A stretch of 62,262 bases of DNA, taken from assembly GCA_964419775.1 (NCBI GenBank), contig CAYQRF010000003.1:1-62262 (forward strand). Direction: 5' to 3'. The DNA is from an uncultured Rikenellaceae bacterium. Its GTDB lineage: Bacteria > Bacteroidota > Bacteroidia > Bacteroidales > VadinHA17. Below, one piece after another: positions 41,258 to 51,435 of the stretch. The translations under genes and the position numbers were made by a program. Within the stretch, counting starts at the first letter, position 1. The number at the start of each line of letters is the position of its first letter. The notes under the pieces were generated by a model. The model saw only the letters and a list, made by a program, of their open reading frames with translations. It searched no databases and was not told where the DNA came from.

Positions 41258-43438
41258 TTAGTCGCTGGTCTGCCTCGATACCTTCAGTATTCCCTTAATA
41301 GACTGTATCTTGCGGATAATTCCATAAAGAATGTCATTATTCGGAACCATAATGCTAAGGGTTCCTTCTGAAAAGCCATCTTCGATAAGGTAGCTGAAGC
41401 TTCTGACAGTCACGTTGTAACCTGCAATTACATCGGCAATCTTGTTTCCGATTCCGATATCCTCAATCCCTGTCACTTTGATCAGGGCATTGAATGTCGG
41501 TGCCCCTTTCGCCTTGGTCCACCTGGCTGACACAACCCGGTAAGGATAGCGTGCCATCAGGTTATGAGCGTTGGGGCAGCTTGTCCGGTGAATTTTAATA
41601 CCCTCCGAGATTGTTACAAATCCGAAAATAGGGTCCCCAAAGACCGGATTGCAGCATCTGGAAAGCTTGTAATCAAGTCCGTCAACCTTTTCTTCGATAA
41701 CAAGGTAATCGGAATAGACTGAGGTATCGGCTTCCTTCACTTCCTTTTCCGGCAGCACAGGAGCCTGCACGGCAGGATGATCATCTTTTTCGCCTCTTAG
41801 AAGTACTTCCTTTATTTCAAGCAGGTCGAGCTTGCCCGATTCAATGCTGCAATAGAGGTCCTGAGCGTTTTTGAACGCGTAGTGATTAATAAGTTTCTGG
41901 ATGACTGAATCGCCGTAGTTAATCTTCCAGTTCTTGAGCCGGCGCATCAATATTTCTTTCCCTTCAGCGGCCGATTTTATCTTTTCCTCACCCAGGGCTT
42001 GTTTGATTTTTGTCTTCGCCTTACTTGTAACCACGAAGGACAGCCAGTCCTGTTTGGGCTTCTGATTTTTGGAACGGATGATCGATACATGATCCCCGTT
42101 CTGAAGCTGATATCTGAGGGTTACGTTGCGTCCGTTAACCTTACCTCCCACACACGATGCGCCGACAGCAGTATGGATATCGAAGGCAAAATCGAGAAGG
42201 GTTGATCCGGCCGGCAGCTGACGCAGGTCGCCTTTCGGAGTGAAAACAAAGACCTCATCGGTATAGAGACCCGACCTGACCTGGTCGAGGAAGGCATCCT
42301 CTTCTTTTTCAGTCGATTCAAGAATCTCTCTCATTTTGGTGAGCCAGACATCCAGTCCCCCCTCCCCTTTGACCCCCTTGTATTTGAAGTGAGCCGCCAG
42401 TCCTTTCTCTGCAATCTCGTCCATTCTTGACGACCTTATCTGCACTTCGACCCATTTTCCCCTGGGCCCCACAACCGTGGTGTGAAGCGATTCATAGCCG
42501 TTCGACTTGGGAACCGATATCCAGTCGCGCATCCTGCTTGGGTTGGGCTGATAGAGGTCAGTCACCACGGAGTAAACTCTCCAGCAGTCCGACTTTTCGT
42601 TTTCCTGTTCACTGTCAATAATTATCCTTACAGCAAATAAGTCGAAGACCTCATCAAAATCCACTCCCTGCTTTTTCATTTTAAGCATTATGGAATATAT
42701 CGATTTGGTGCGGCCCTTGATAGTATATTTCAATCCAAGCTTGTCGAGCTTTTCCTTGAGGGGAGTTGAGAACTCCCTTATGAGTTTGTTCCTCGAAGCG
42801 GTTGTCTGCCTTATCCTTCCTTCAACATATTTGTACTGTTCAGGTTCAAGGTATTTTACGGCAAGATCCTCCATTTCCGACTTGATGTTGTAATATCCGA
42901 GCCGGTGTGCAAGCGGCGCGTACAGAAAATAGGTCTCAGAAGCGATCGGAAGCTTATCCTTTTCCGGAGCATTGTCGAGGTTTCTCATATATTCCAGCCT
43001 CTCGACAAGTTTTATAAGTATCACCCTGACATCATCGGCCAGACTGAGCAGAAGTTTTCTGAAGTTCTCCGACTGGTATGAAGCCTGTGTTGAATCGATC
43101 CCGGTAATACGGTTGAATCCCTGGAGTATCTCCACCACTTTTTTCCCGAACTCATTTTCGAGCTCCTGTGGAGTAATTGAAAGTCTTCCGTATGAATCGT
43201 GAAGAAGGGCTGTAATGATCGTGGTTGTTCCCAGCCCCATTTCTCCTGCAACTATTGAAGCAACCGATAAGGCATGCTCGATTTCCGGTTTCCCTGTCAG
43301 TATGTATTTTCCAGAGCATGCTTCGATGGCCAGGTCGAGGGCACGCCTGATTTTTCTGTTGTCGTCTGGCCCCAGAGTGCTCCCTGCCGATTTCAGCAGG
43401 GTGCGGTAGTCTCTGTATATTTTCCGGGGCTCATTCAT
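41258..43438 (-). CDS. relA: RelA/SpoT long RSH (p)ppGpp synthetase with degenerate hydrolase domain
   Basis: YAPLAHRLG, DLFAVR, PKSNGYESLHTT, EVQIR, TGS, CC and ACT regions. Confidence 0.88.
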   Translation of the reverse strand: MNEPRKIYRDYRTLLKSAGSTLGPDDNRKIRRALDLAIEACSGKYILTGKPEIEHALSVASIVAGEMGLGTTTIITALLHDSYGRLSITPQELENEFGKKVVEILQGFNRITGIDSTQASYQSENFRKLLLSLADDVRVILIKLVERLEYMRNLDNAPEKDKLPIASETYFLYAPLAHRLGYYNIKSEMEDLAVKYLEPEQYKYVEGRIRQTTASRNKLIREFSTPLKEKLDKLGLKYTIKGRTKSIYSIMLKMKKQGVDFDEVFDLFAVRIIIDSEQENEKSDCWRVYSVVTDLYQPNPSRMRDWISVPKSNGYESLHTTVVGPRGKWVEVQIRSSRMDEIAEKGLAAHFKYKGVKGEGGLDVWLTKMREILESTEKEEDAFLDQVRSGLYTDEVFVFTPKGDLRQLPAGSTLLDFAFDIHTAVGASCVGGKVNGRNVTLRYQLQNGDHVSIIRSKNQKPKQDWLSFVVTSKAKTKIKQALGEEKIKSAAEGKEILMRRLKNWKINYGDSVIQKLINHYAFKNAQDLYCSIESGKLDLLEIKEVLLRGEKDDHPAVQAPVLPEKEVKEADTSVYSDYLVIEEKVDGLDYKLSRCCNPVFGDPIFGFVTISEGIKIHRTSCPNAHNLMARYPYRVVSARWTKAKGAPTFNALIKVTGIEDIGIGNKIADVIAGYNVTVRSFSYLIEDGFSEGTLSIMVPNNDILYGIIRKIQSIKGILKVSRQTSD

Positions 43439-43557
43439 AGTCAGTTACGGGAGAATGGATTCACCCATGAAAGTAACTAATTATGATGGATTTTCGCAAT
43501 TTTTTATGCGAAATATATCAGCACCCGCCCCGGGAGGGGCCTATCTGAAGATTATCA

Positions 43558-44076
43558 CTACTTATCCTTTTTTTCCATCTTGTCCAGACCTTCAAGTTCT
43601 TCGATTCCGATATCATCTGACAGCTCGGAAAGACTCTTCAGGTCAAGATCGCCCTGGATCGAAATCAATGTATTGTCGCCCGGACCGCCCGTTACTACAA
43701 GTAGTTCAGAAATCCTGTCACCGTTCTGCCTGATAAGGAATTTAGTCTCATCCTTTCCCTCCTTCACAGCCATAAGTTCCTCATAAACTGACAGGTTGAG
43801 TTTTCCTGTCAGCTCCTTGTAAAAATTGAGATTCAGGTTCATCAGGGAGTCGCTTACCGACAGTATCCTGATGGACGACAACTTGTTGATCAGTTCGCTG
43901 CCCTCTTTCCCGGCATCCTTTCCGGCAAAAAGACTTAGCAGCTTGCCTGAAATAAAAACCGTGGTAAAGCCCTCCTTCTCCGCGTATTTGTCGAAGAATT
44001 CGTCAACTGCTTTGTTCTGCGCGTTTACTGACGCAGCCATGCAGATGGCTATCGTGAAGAATATAATTTTTTTCAT
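43558..44076 (-). CDS. DUF4252 family secreted protein
   Basis: Signal peptide; FFDKYAEKEGFTTVFIS, YEELM.VK, ISELL, LISIQGDLD. Confidence 0.8.
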   Translation of the reverse strand: MKKIIFFTIAICMAASVNAQNKAVDEFFDKYAEKEGFTTVFISGKLLSLFAGKDAGKEGSELINKLSSIRILSVSDSLMNLNLNFYKELTGKLNLSVYEELMAVKEGKDETKFLIRQNGDRISELLVVTGGPGDNTLISIQGDLDLKSLSELSDDIGIEELEGLDKMEKKDK

Positions 44077-44133
44077 TGCTTTCTTTTATGTTTTGATGTT
44101 CATATTCGGTATTTAAGCTGTCTTTTTATGAGG

Positions 44134-44712
44134 TCATTCCCCGGTTGTGTCTGAATTCTCCAGGTTTTTGAATATTATTTCGAGTGGTTTCATGTTATCT
44201 TCAATCAGAGAAGTCGATTTTCCAACGGCATCGAGTGTTCTGCCAGTCTCTTCCTGAAGTGCGGTAAGCTGTCCCAGTGCCCTTGTCCCGTCATTCATGC
44301 GGGAGGAAACACTGTGCAATATCTTCATTGCTTCGGCATAGGCAACTTCGGGATCGCTGTAAGTATCCCGGATGTCAGGCCTGCGTTCAAAGAAGAAATA
44401 TGTTGCTGCAACTATCAGGAGTGCTGCTGCAACACCCGACAGCATGGCATAAAGTCTCCTGCTGCCCGTCATCACTTTTCGTTTTTCTTCCCGGTCGATT
44501 GCAGCAAATATCTTAAGTTCAAAGTCAACGGATGGCTCAGGCACAACCTTATTTGAAAGATTACTATAGCATCTGAATATCTCCTGTTCGTCAAGGAGTT
44601 CATCCGGCACGCCTGATCCTTCGAAATATTCTTTCAGAAGACGTTCTTCTTCAATAGTACTGGTTCCGTCATAGTACTTTGCAAGCAATTGTATTATTTC
44701 AGCAGGCTTCAT
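44134..44712 (-). CDS. Probable single-TM anti-sigma factor
   Basis: LLAKYYDGTSTIEEE N-terminus, one TM helix, DTYSDPEVAY; ATGA overlap with the ECF sigma stop. Confidence 0.7.
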   Translation of the reverse strand: MKPAEIIQLLAKYYDGTSTIEEERLLKEYFEGSGVPDELLDEQEIFRCYSNLSNKVVPEPSVDFELKIFAAIDREEKRKVMTGSRRLYAMLSGVAAALLIVAATYFFFERRPDIRDTYSDPEVAYAEAMKILHSVSSRMNDGTRALGQLTALQEETGRTLDAVGKSTSLIEDNMKPLEIIFKNLENSDTTGE

Positions 44713-45212
44713 TTAATCTGTTTTCTGAATTCATCCCTTACACTCTTTCTTGCCCTTGAAAGACTGACTCTCAAGTTATTAATATTTTGTCCGGTTATTC
44801 CTGCAATTTCCTCAAAACTGAGCTCTTCCATATCTCTCATTCTTATAACCTCACGATATTGTTCGGGAAGCTCTCCGATTATCCTGATCATTATATCCGA
44901 AGCTTCCTGTCTTTCCATTAGTTCCTGCGGCGACGGGGCCGAATCATGTAATCCGGTCAGGGCCGTTTCACCTCCCTGGTCAATGAACCTGCGCTTTCGC
45001 AGCTGATCGATGCAGTAGTTTTTTACCATTGTCACCGCAAGAGCTTCAACGCTGGCATACTCATCAAGCTTCGTTTTCATCTTCCACAGTCTGACAAATA
45101 CCTCCTGTACGGCATCTTCCGATTCCTCCCTGTCCCCGAGAATACGGCAGGCCTGACTATACAGTTTTCTTCCTGATGTAACCACCAGATTGTCGAATTC
45201 GGTTCTTGTCAT
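44709..45212 (-). CDS. ECF RNA polymerase sigma factor
   Basis: SEDAVQEVFVRLW, KNYCIDQLRK, LP..YREVI...EELSFEEIA...LSRARK. Confidence 0.92.
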   Translation of the reverse strand: MTRTEFDNLVVTSGRKLYSQACRILGDREESEDAVQEVFVRLWKMKTKLDEYASVEALAVTMVKNYCIDQLRKRRFIDQGGETALTGLHDSAPSPQELMERQEASDIMIRIIGELPEQYREVIRMRDMEELSFEEIAGITGQNINNLRVSLSRARKSVRDEFRKQIK

Positions 45213-45259
45213 TGACAGAGAAGATATTATCCTTCCCGGCAAAGATAGTTACATATTCC

Positions 45260-45757
45260 TTACAGTCCCGAAATGGTTAAATCCCGGTGATCTTTTCTGG
45301 CCTCCCGGCTAAATTCCTCCGCCTCATCCACGGTTATTCTCCCTTTTACCTGCATAATGAAATTATCATCGCCGCCTCCGATAAGAAGAAATTCCCTTAT
45401 CACCTTTCCGTCCATCCTGACAAGCATCCTGATGTCCTGGTCCTTCTCCCGAACACTCATGAATTCCTCATAACTCCTTAAATCCCTGTCGCGTTTTATA
45501 AAATCCATAAAATTGGTCCGGTTACTATACTCATCTTCCGGGATCAGAATCCTGACTAAAGTCACTTCATTTGGCCATCCTCTCTTACTGCCGCCATCAT
45601 CATCCTGACATAATTTCTTCAGTAAACTGCCTGATATAGTCAGGTTAATGAATCCGTTGTCGTCTGAATTCATCTCAAACAGCTCATCAACTGACCTCTG
45701 TCCTGAAAGAGTGATTGCAATGGCTGAAAACAAAATAATTCCAAAAATTCTTTTCAT
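45260..45757 (-). CDS. DUF4252-like secreted protein
   Basis: Signal peptide; YEEFMSVRE, IREFLL, MQVKGRI, paralleling 43558-44076. Confidence 0.65.
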   Translation of the reverse strand: MKRIFGIILFSAIAITLSGQRSVDELFEMNSDDNGFINLTISGSLLKKLCQDDDGGSKRGWPNEVTLVRILIPEDEYSNRTNFMDFIKRDRDLRSYEEFMSVREKDQDIRMLVRMDGKVIREFLLIGGGDDNFIMQVKGRITVDEAEEFSREARKDHRDLTISGL

Positions 45758-45865
45758 GGTTACCCGTTTTTAAACTTATTAATTGTCTGTCTCCCGGATG
45801 ACGTATGAAGAAGTATTTCATTACAGAGTTTCAGAAAAAAAGTGTAAATAAAACAATTAAGTTTT

Positions 45866-45896
45866 TTTGCTTTAGAATATTTTTCTTCTAACTTTG
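45866..45896 (+). promoter_or_regulatory. Bacteroidetes promoter upstream of tRNA-Lys
   Basis: TTTG-N19-TAACTTTG. Confidence 0.65.
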
Positions 45897-46048
45897 CACC
45901 GCAAATTTATAAGGCTTATTGATTGGCTTTATCCGTAAGCAGCACCATTTAAGCCACATAAAAAGTTCTTTAAAACAACAGGATAAATCAGCCGGCAAGT
46001 CCTAATCGTATTGTACATGCAAAATGCCGGTTTAATTATATATGGCCT

Positions 46049-46121
46049 GATTTAGTAGCTCAGTTGGTAGAGCACATCCCTTTTAAGGATGGGGTCCTGG
46101 GTTCGAGCCCCAGCTAGATCA
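46049..46121 (+). tRNA. tRNA-Lys(TTT)
   Basis: Acceptor GATTTAG/CTAGATC, D-arm GCTC..GAGC, anticodon arm CATCC-CTTTTAA-GGATG, T-arm CTGGG-TTCGAGC-CCCAG; CCA not encoded. Confidence 0.95.
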
Positions 46122-46122
46122 C

Positions 46123-46152
46123 AAAAAAACCCGGAGAGCATCCGGGTTTTTT
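46123..46152. terminator. Bidirectional intrinsic terminator between tRNA-Lys and the convergent GH2 gene
   Basis: AAAAAAACCCGGA-gagca-TCCGGGTTTTTT. Confidence 0.85.
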
Positions 46153-46154
46153 GT

Positions 46155-49100
46155 TTAAAGATTGAATCCTGATAACTCAATAACCGGCTTCTCCCCTCTT
46201 GTATCGGAATCACTGAACTTCATTGTTATAAGTTTCTTTTCGCCCGGCATCAGTGATACATAATTGTCGCTGAAGAAGACAGGCAGGATGCGCTTGCCGC
46301 TTTCCTTTCCGACCACTTTAAGCCTTACCATCAGAGCGGGTGTTTCAGTCGTATTGATAAGCGTAGTTGTGATCAGCCATTCGTCCCCTGACCGTTTAAT
46401 TATGGTGGCATCCTCGAGTTTGACAAGAGGAAGTTTGTTGAGAGCCTGATAATTACCATCTTCCACCCCTCTCCAGTAGAAGTTATCCGACACGGATCTG
46501 TCACCATCCTTTAGCGACAGCCTTATAAAATGAACCGATGTAAGCCTGTCGGGGAATTCCAGTTTGAAACAATTAACTGTCTCGTCTTCCCTGCAATCCA
46601 CAACCGTCTCCTTTTCCCAGAACACAGTGCCATCCATATTCAGTAGCTGGGCCTTTGCCTTCAGTCCTCTCCTGTCGCCGGCATGCAAATTGACAACTTC
46701 GATTGTATCGTAAACAGGATTCCATTGGATATGCAGGGGTTCACAAGCCTTCTTGCATCCGAAATATGCAGCTGTGGGATCAAAATAATAGTCATAAGTC
46801 TGCCAAACCATCGAAGGCCATGCAGAATGACTCATCCACAGGAGAAGTCCCTGACGGTTCATACTCCTTCCTTCGAACATTCCACGGTAACCGTTGTAGT
46901 TCAGCCATTGGGCGATTTCAGCAAATCTTTTTGCATTATCAGGCATTCCAAAGCCCTTTTCTATCATCTGGTTGAAAGATGCTGCTCTCTGGGCGCTTTC
47001 CAGGCAGTAATCGTGAATTCCCCATAGACTGTTCTGAGGCCACAACGCCTCCTCAGGAAGGGTTTCCGCAAGGCTTTCATAGTTCATTACATTGGGCATT
47101 CCCCTCTCACTGTGGAACTTATTAAAGCCGTACAGAAGGAAATAGTCACGTACCGGAAGTGCATTGTAAGGTCCGCCTCCGCTTACAACCCCCATGGAAG
47201 AATTGGAGATGTAATGGATTCCGGGATGCCTTACAGAGATCAAAGCTCGCAGCGCCGTATCAAGCACTTCAGGGGGATTACCCTCGTTACGTCCGCAATA
47301 GATGCCGATGGAAGGGTGATTGCGTATCCTTTTTATAAGATCTTCGGCATTATCCATAAACATTTCAGGATCATACGGATTAGGACCGTCAGCCGGATTC
47401 GCCAGCCAGAAGTCCTGCCACACCATTATCCCGTGACGGTCGCATGCTTCATAAAACTCATCGTCACCTGTCTGGCCGACCCAGTTGCGGATCATGGTGA
47501 AGTTCATATCCGCATGATAGGCAACTGCTGCATCGTATTCCCTTGCGCGGTATTCGAGGTTTGATTCGGGAAAGCCCCAGTTTCCGCCATGTCCGATAAA
47601 CCTCCTGCCGTTAACGTAAAGGTTCAGTATATCGTTTTCTTCGCTGAATGTCATCTCCCTGATACCGGCCCAAAAGGTTTTTTTATCAGATATGCTTCCT
47701 TTAACCCTGAATTCCAGTACAGCCTCGTGCAGTACCGGTTTGCCATAGCCTTTCGGCCACCACAATTCAGGATTCCCGATGACCAGCCCGGTAAACTCAG
47801 CCGGATCGAATTTTACGGGCAGTTCAGACTTTGGCCCGATTGTTATGTCTTTCTGAACGCTGATATTTCCAAATTTCCCGGAAAGAGTCCCGGAAACAGT
47901 CTGATCTCCATGATTTACCAGGGTGGCTTCCATTGTGATCTCAGCCCGGCTTGTATCGGGAAGATTCAGATCGGTGACCACGAACGGGTCATCAACGGTT
48001 ACGCTGCCGGTAGATTCAAGATGCACATCGTTCCAGATACCGATGTTACGTCCCCGGATTGTGGGAATCCAGTCCCAGCCTATGGATGCATGATATGTAG
48101 GGTTGTCGCCACCAAGAACACCACCGTTTTTGTCGGCACTCAGGGCAGTTTGTTCCTTTATAACTCCGGGATTTTCGTTTTTATGGATAAGTACCGCAAG
48201 AGCATTTGTCTGACCTGTTTTGACAATACCCGTGACGTCAAACCTGGCCGTAGTGAATGCGCCTTCTATTCGTCCGGCTTTCTCTCCGTTTACATAGACA
48301 TCGGCTTTCCAGTTGATCCCGTCAAAATTTAGGAAGATCCTTTCGCCCTTCAGGGATGAAGGCACATCAAATTCATTCCTGTACCAGAAATCGGAATTAA
48401 AGAACGATTCCGAAATCATCAGCTGGTTATCGCCGAAATTTGGATCAGGAAGCGCTCCAGCGTTGCGGTAGCTGACCAGCACCGTAGCAGGAACAGTGGC
48501 AGTGATCCAGCTTTCTGCGTTGAAGCCGGTCGCCGAGAGTTTCTCTCCCGTCGACTCCACCTCAGAGGATCTCTGTATTTTCCAGTTTCCTCCCGACAGG
48601 TACATATGGTTATCCCTGACAGGCGGAGAAGCTTTTGGAACCGGCACCAATCCGCCCTTTCCGAAGACCTCAAGCTCGGAGAGCATGTAGTTTCGGTCAT
48701 TGTCCGGAGTTTCAAGCAAAAGTTTCACGTAACGGGCTCTTACTTCCGGTGACAGCCTGATATCATCAACCGGATCATCATTACCGGGCAGCTTAGCAAT
48801 TTCGAGCCAGTTCCGGTTGTCATCAGAAACCAGAATGGAGCCGGCCAGTGCCTTGTTGATCCAGTGCAACTTAATATTGTCAAAAGCGCTGACGCTTCCG
48901 AGATCTACATATACCCATTCCTCCTTATTTCCGGCGCTCATCCAGGCACTTTTGAAATCGTGCGAAGGTGTCATCTTAAGCCTGGTGTTGCCATTCCAGA
49001 ACTCAAGCTCTCCAAATGTCCAAGTCTCGGCTGCGGGAGCTTTCAGAGACACCCTGTATGACTTATATGAAACAGGTTCCCTGAAATCAAATGACAGATC

Positions 49101-49853
49101 GACAAGTCTCTGGGGCCGGGGTGCCCTGAATGCTCCGCCGCCGAATGAAAATGTAGGACGCGGTGCCGTTGAATCGTTCCCGTACGGACTCATCATGAAT
49201 GCCCCGAATCCTGTCTGGGGCCTCCTCCTGGCCTGAGTGCTCCTTCTCTGACTGTTGGATACATTCATCATCCGGAACGGATCAGGTCTCTCCCTTCCGG
49301 GCAATCCTGCACCATTAACAACAACAATATCAACCCATTTAACACCATCATCTGAACCGGAACATATGTACTCCCATCCCCCTCTCTTTCCTTCATCAAA
49401 ATTGACATTTCCCGAAAGGGCAATCCTGGTTATTCCCGGAGCATTTCCTCCCCCGAGCAGATCATATCTCAGGTAAATGTCGTTGCCTTCAATTGAGTAA
49501 GTGGTGACCGAATTGTGATCCAGCAGCCATTCCCGCTCATTCCGGGGAAGAACGCCGTTATTTGTCGAAACAGCAATTCCTGAAGGCATTCCGGTTTCAA
49601 AAATACCATCAGTAAGTAGCTGGGCTGTAAGATTATAGTCATAACTTGAAGAATTCCATGCAGGTCGCAGCTTTGCAAGGTTGCGGTAGTTTTCGTTGTC
49701 GGGCGCAAGGGTTGGAGCAAAACTCTCAGCCGGATTGCCGGGATATTTGCCCGGCTCACTATTGTAATTGCTGGTTTTGCTGCCACAGCCTGTAAAAATC
49801 AACAGGATGAAGAAAAATAAGGAACTCGTGAAAAGGATTTTGCCTTTCATCAT
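46155..49853 (-). CDS. Glycoside hydrolase family 2 lipoprotein (beta-mannosidase / exo-beta-glucosaminidase-like) with discoidin (F5/8) domain
   Basis: Lipobox FTGC, EWVYVDLG discoidin motif, WDWIP, LWWP.GYG.P, RNHPSI..YCGRNE. Confidence 0.85.
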   Translation of the reverse strand: MMKGKILFTSSLFFFILLIFTGCGSKTSNYNSEPGKYPGNPAESFAPTLAPDNENYRNLAKLRPAWNSSSYDYNLTAQLLTDGIFETGMPSGIAVSTNNGVLPRNEREWLLDHNSVTTYSIEGNDIYLRYDLLGGGNAPGITRIALSGNVNFDEGKRGGWEYICSGSDDGVKWVDIVVVNGAGLPGRERPDPFRMMNVSNSQRRSTQARRRPQTGFGAFMMSPYGNDSTAPRPTFSFGGGAFRAPRPQRLVDLSFDFREPVSYKSYRVSLKAPAAETWTFGELEFWNGNTRLKMTPSHDFKSAWMSAGNKEEWVYVDLGSVSAFDNIKLHWINKALAGSILVSDDNRNWLEIAKLPGNDDPVDDIRLSPEVRARYVKLLLETPDNDRNYMLSELEVFGKGGLVPVPKASPPVRDNHMYLSGGNWKIQRSSEVESTGEKLSATGFNAESWITATVPATVLVSYRNAGALPDPNFGDNQLMISESFFNSDFWYRNEFDVPSSLKGERIFLNFDGINWKADVYVNGEKAGRIEGAFTTARFDVTGIVKTGQTNALAVLIHKNENPGVIKEQTALSADKNGGVLGGDNPTYHASIGWDWIPTIRGRNIGIWNDVHLESTGSVTVDDPFVVTDLNLPDTSRAEITMEATLVNHGDQTVSGTLSGKFGNISVQKDITIGPKSELPVKFDPAEFTGLVIGNPELWWPKGYGKPVLHEAVLEFRVKGSISDKKTFWAGIREMTFSEENDILNLYVNGRRFIGHGGNWGFPESNLEYRAREYDAAVAYHADMNFTMIRNWVGQTGDDEFYEACDRHGIMVWQDFWLANPADGPNPYDPEMFMDNAEDLIKRIRNHPSIGIYCGRNEGNPPEVLDTALRALISVRHPGIHYISNSSMGVVSGGGPYNALPVRDYFLLYGFNKFHSERGMPNVMNYESLAETLPEEALWPQNSLWGIHDYCLESAQRAASFNQMIEKGFGMPDNAKRFAEIAQWLNYNGYRGMFEGRSMNRQGLLLWMSHSAWPSMVWQTYDYYFDPTAAYFGCKKACEPLHIQWNPVYDTIEVVNLHAGDRRGLKAKAQLLNMDGTVFWEKETVVDCREDETVNCFKLEFPDRLTSVHFIRLSLKDGDRSVSDNFYWRGVEDGNYQALNKLPLVKLEDATIIKRSGDEWLITTTLINTTETPALMVRLKVVGKESGKRILPVFFSDNYVSLMPGEKKLITMKFSDSDTRGEKPVIELSGFNL

Positions 49854-49889
49854 AAAAAAATTTAAAACAATAGATGGAATAAAGGAAGT

Positions 49890-50360
49890 CTATCTGGAGA
49901 GAACAGGAATCTGCCGGTTTATCGACTCCTCAAGTGATATCAGGGTTTCGGTTCTCACTATCCCCGCTATATTCTGAATTTTGTCGGTAAGAATATTGCG
50001 AAGATGTTCGTTATCGCGGGTATATACCTTGATGAAGAGAGAATAATTACCGGTAGTGTAATGACACTCAATGATTTCCGGAATCTCTTTGAATTCTTCT
50101 ATAATGTCACGATAGTGACCCGGGTGGTCCAGAAATACGCCTATGTACGCGCAGGTCTTGAAACCAACGAGAGCAGGATCAACTTTGAATTCCGAACCTT
50201 TTATAACGCCGGTTTTAATAAGCCTCTGTACACGCTGGTGAATGGCAGCGCCCGAAACATTGCACTCCCTTGCAACTTCGAGATAAGGAACCCTGGCGTT
50301 TTTTGTTATGATATCCAGGATCTTCTTATCCAGATTATCAATTTGAACATTTTCAGTCAT
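49890..50360 (-). CDS. Lrp/AsnC family transcriptional regulator
   Basis: IDNLDKKIL, NVSGAAIHQRVQRL, ECHYTTGNY. Confidence 0.92.
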   Translation of the reverse strand: MTENVQIDNLDKKILDIITKNARVPYLEVARECNVSGAAIHQRVQRLIKTGVIKGSEFKVDPALVGFKTCAYIGVFLDHPGHYRDIIEEFKEIPEIIECHYTTGNYSLFIKVYTRDNEHLRNILTDKIQNIAGIVRTETLISLEESINRQIPVLSR

Positions 50361-50523
50361 TATTGAAGATTTAGGTTAAAGAAACAGTCGTATTCTTTTT
50401 TGCTGGTTACAAATTTAAAGATATTAAGCAAAATCCCCTCAAGGAATTTAGATTCTTTTATTTGAAAAGTCAGCAGATTTCAGAAAATCAGGATCGGATG
50501 TTATAATATTAAGGTTATCAAGA

Positions 50524-51435
50524 CTATCTGTTGATCCATCCGATTATTTCGCTTACATCTCCGAATCCCCTGTCTTCAAGAAATTTCTGAATGCCATTGA
50601 TGATTTTTACAGCAGATTCCGGATCGATGAAGGAAGCGGTTCCGACCTGTATTGCTGAGGCTCCTGCAAGAAGAAACTGAAGGGCATCATCCGCAGACAT
50701 TATTCCTCCGATTCCGATTACCGGAATTTTTACAGCATTCGCCGTTTGCCATACCATTCTCAGAGCCACGGGTCTGACGGCCGGTCCTGACAGACCGCCG
50801 GTTACAGTCGAAAGAGAAGGCTTCATGGTTTTTGTGTCTATTGCCATGCCAAGGAGTGTATTTATCAGTGAAATGGCATCGGCTCCCTCTTCCTCTGAAA
50901 TCCTGGCAAAATCGACAATATTCGTAACATTGGGAGAAAGCTTAACGATAAGGACTCTTGAATAGACTGCCCTTACAGCTTTGATTACCTCTCTGGCAGA
51001 TGATGGATTGGTTCCGAAAATCATCCCGCCTTTCTTCACGTTGGGACATGAAATATTCAATTCAATGGCAGGAATCTTATCAAGATGTTCAATCCTTTCT
51101 GCCAGAGCAATATAGTCATCAAGGCTGCCTCCGTTAACATTCACAATCACGTTTGTGTTGTAGCCGCAAACCACGGGATATATATGGCTTTCGAAGTAGT
51201 CTATACCCTTATTCTGAAGTCCGACCGCATTAAGCATTCCGGATGGCGTTTCTGCCATTCTGGGATAAGGATTGCCCTCCCTGGGCTCGAGAGTGGTTCC
51301 TTTCAGGATTATTCCCCCCAATCGTGAAACGTCTATGAAATCATCAAATTCGGATCCGTACCCGAAGGTGCCGGATGCACTCATCACAGGATTTTTAAGC
51401 TTAAGTGCGCCGATAGAAACATCCAGTTTTACCAT
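50524..51435 (-). CDS. pyrD: Dihydroorotate dehydrogenase (class 1B) catalytic subunit
   Basis: [36 protein letters not shown]. Confidence 0.95.
   Translation of the reverse strand: MVKLDVSIGALKLKNPVMSASGTFGYGSEFDDFIDVSRLGGIILKGTTLEPREGNPYPRMAETPSGMLNAVGLQNKGIDYFESHIYPVVCGYNTNVIVNVNGGSLDDYIALAERIEHLDKIPAIELNISCPNVKKGGMIFGTNPSSAREVIKAVRAVYSRVLIVKLSPNVTNIVDFARISEEEGADAISLINTLLGMAIDTKTMKPSLSTVTGGLSGPAVRPVALRMVWQTANAVKIPVIGIGGIMSADDALQFLLAGASAIQVGTASFIDPESAVKIINGIQKFLEDRGFGDVSEIIGWINR

Noticed and set aside
47589..48332. 247-aa plus-strand ORF and similar short ORFs opposite long genes
   Set aside because: These are antisense shadows of the GH2 gene and other clear genes, with no motifs.
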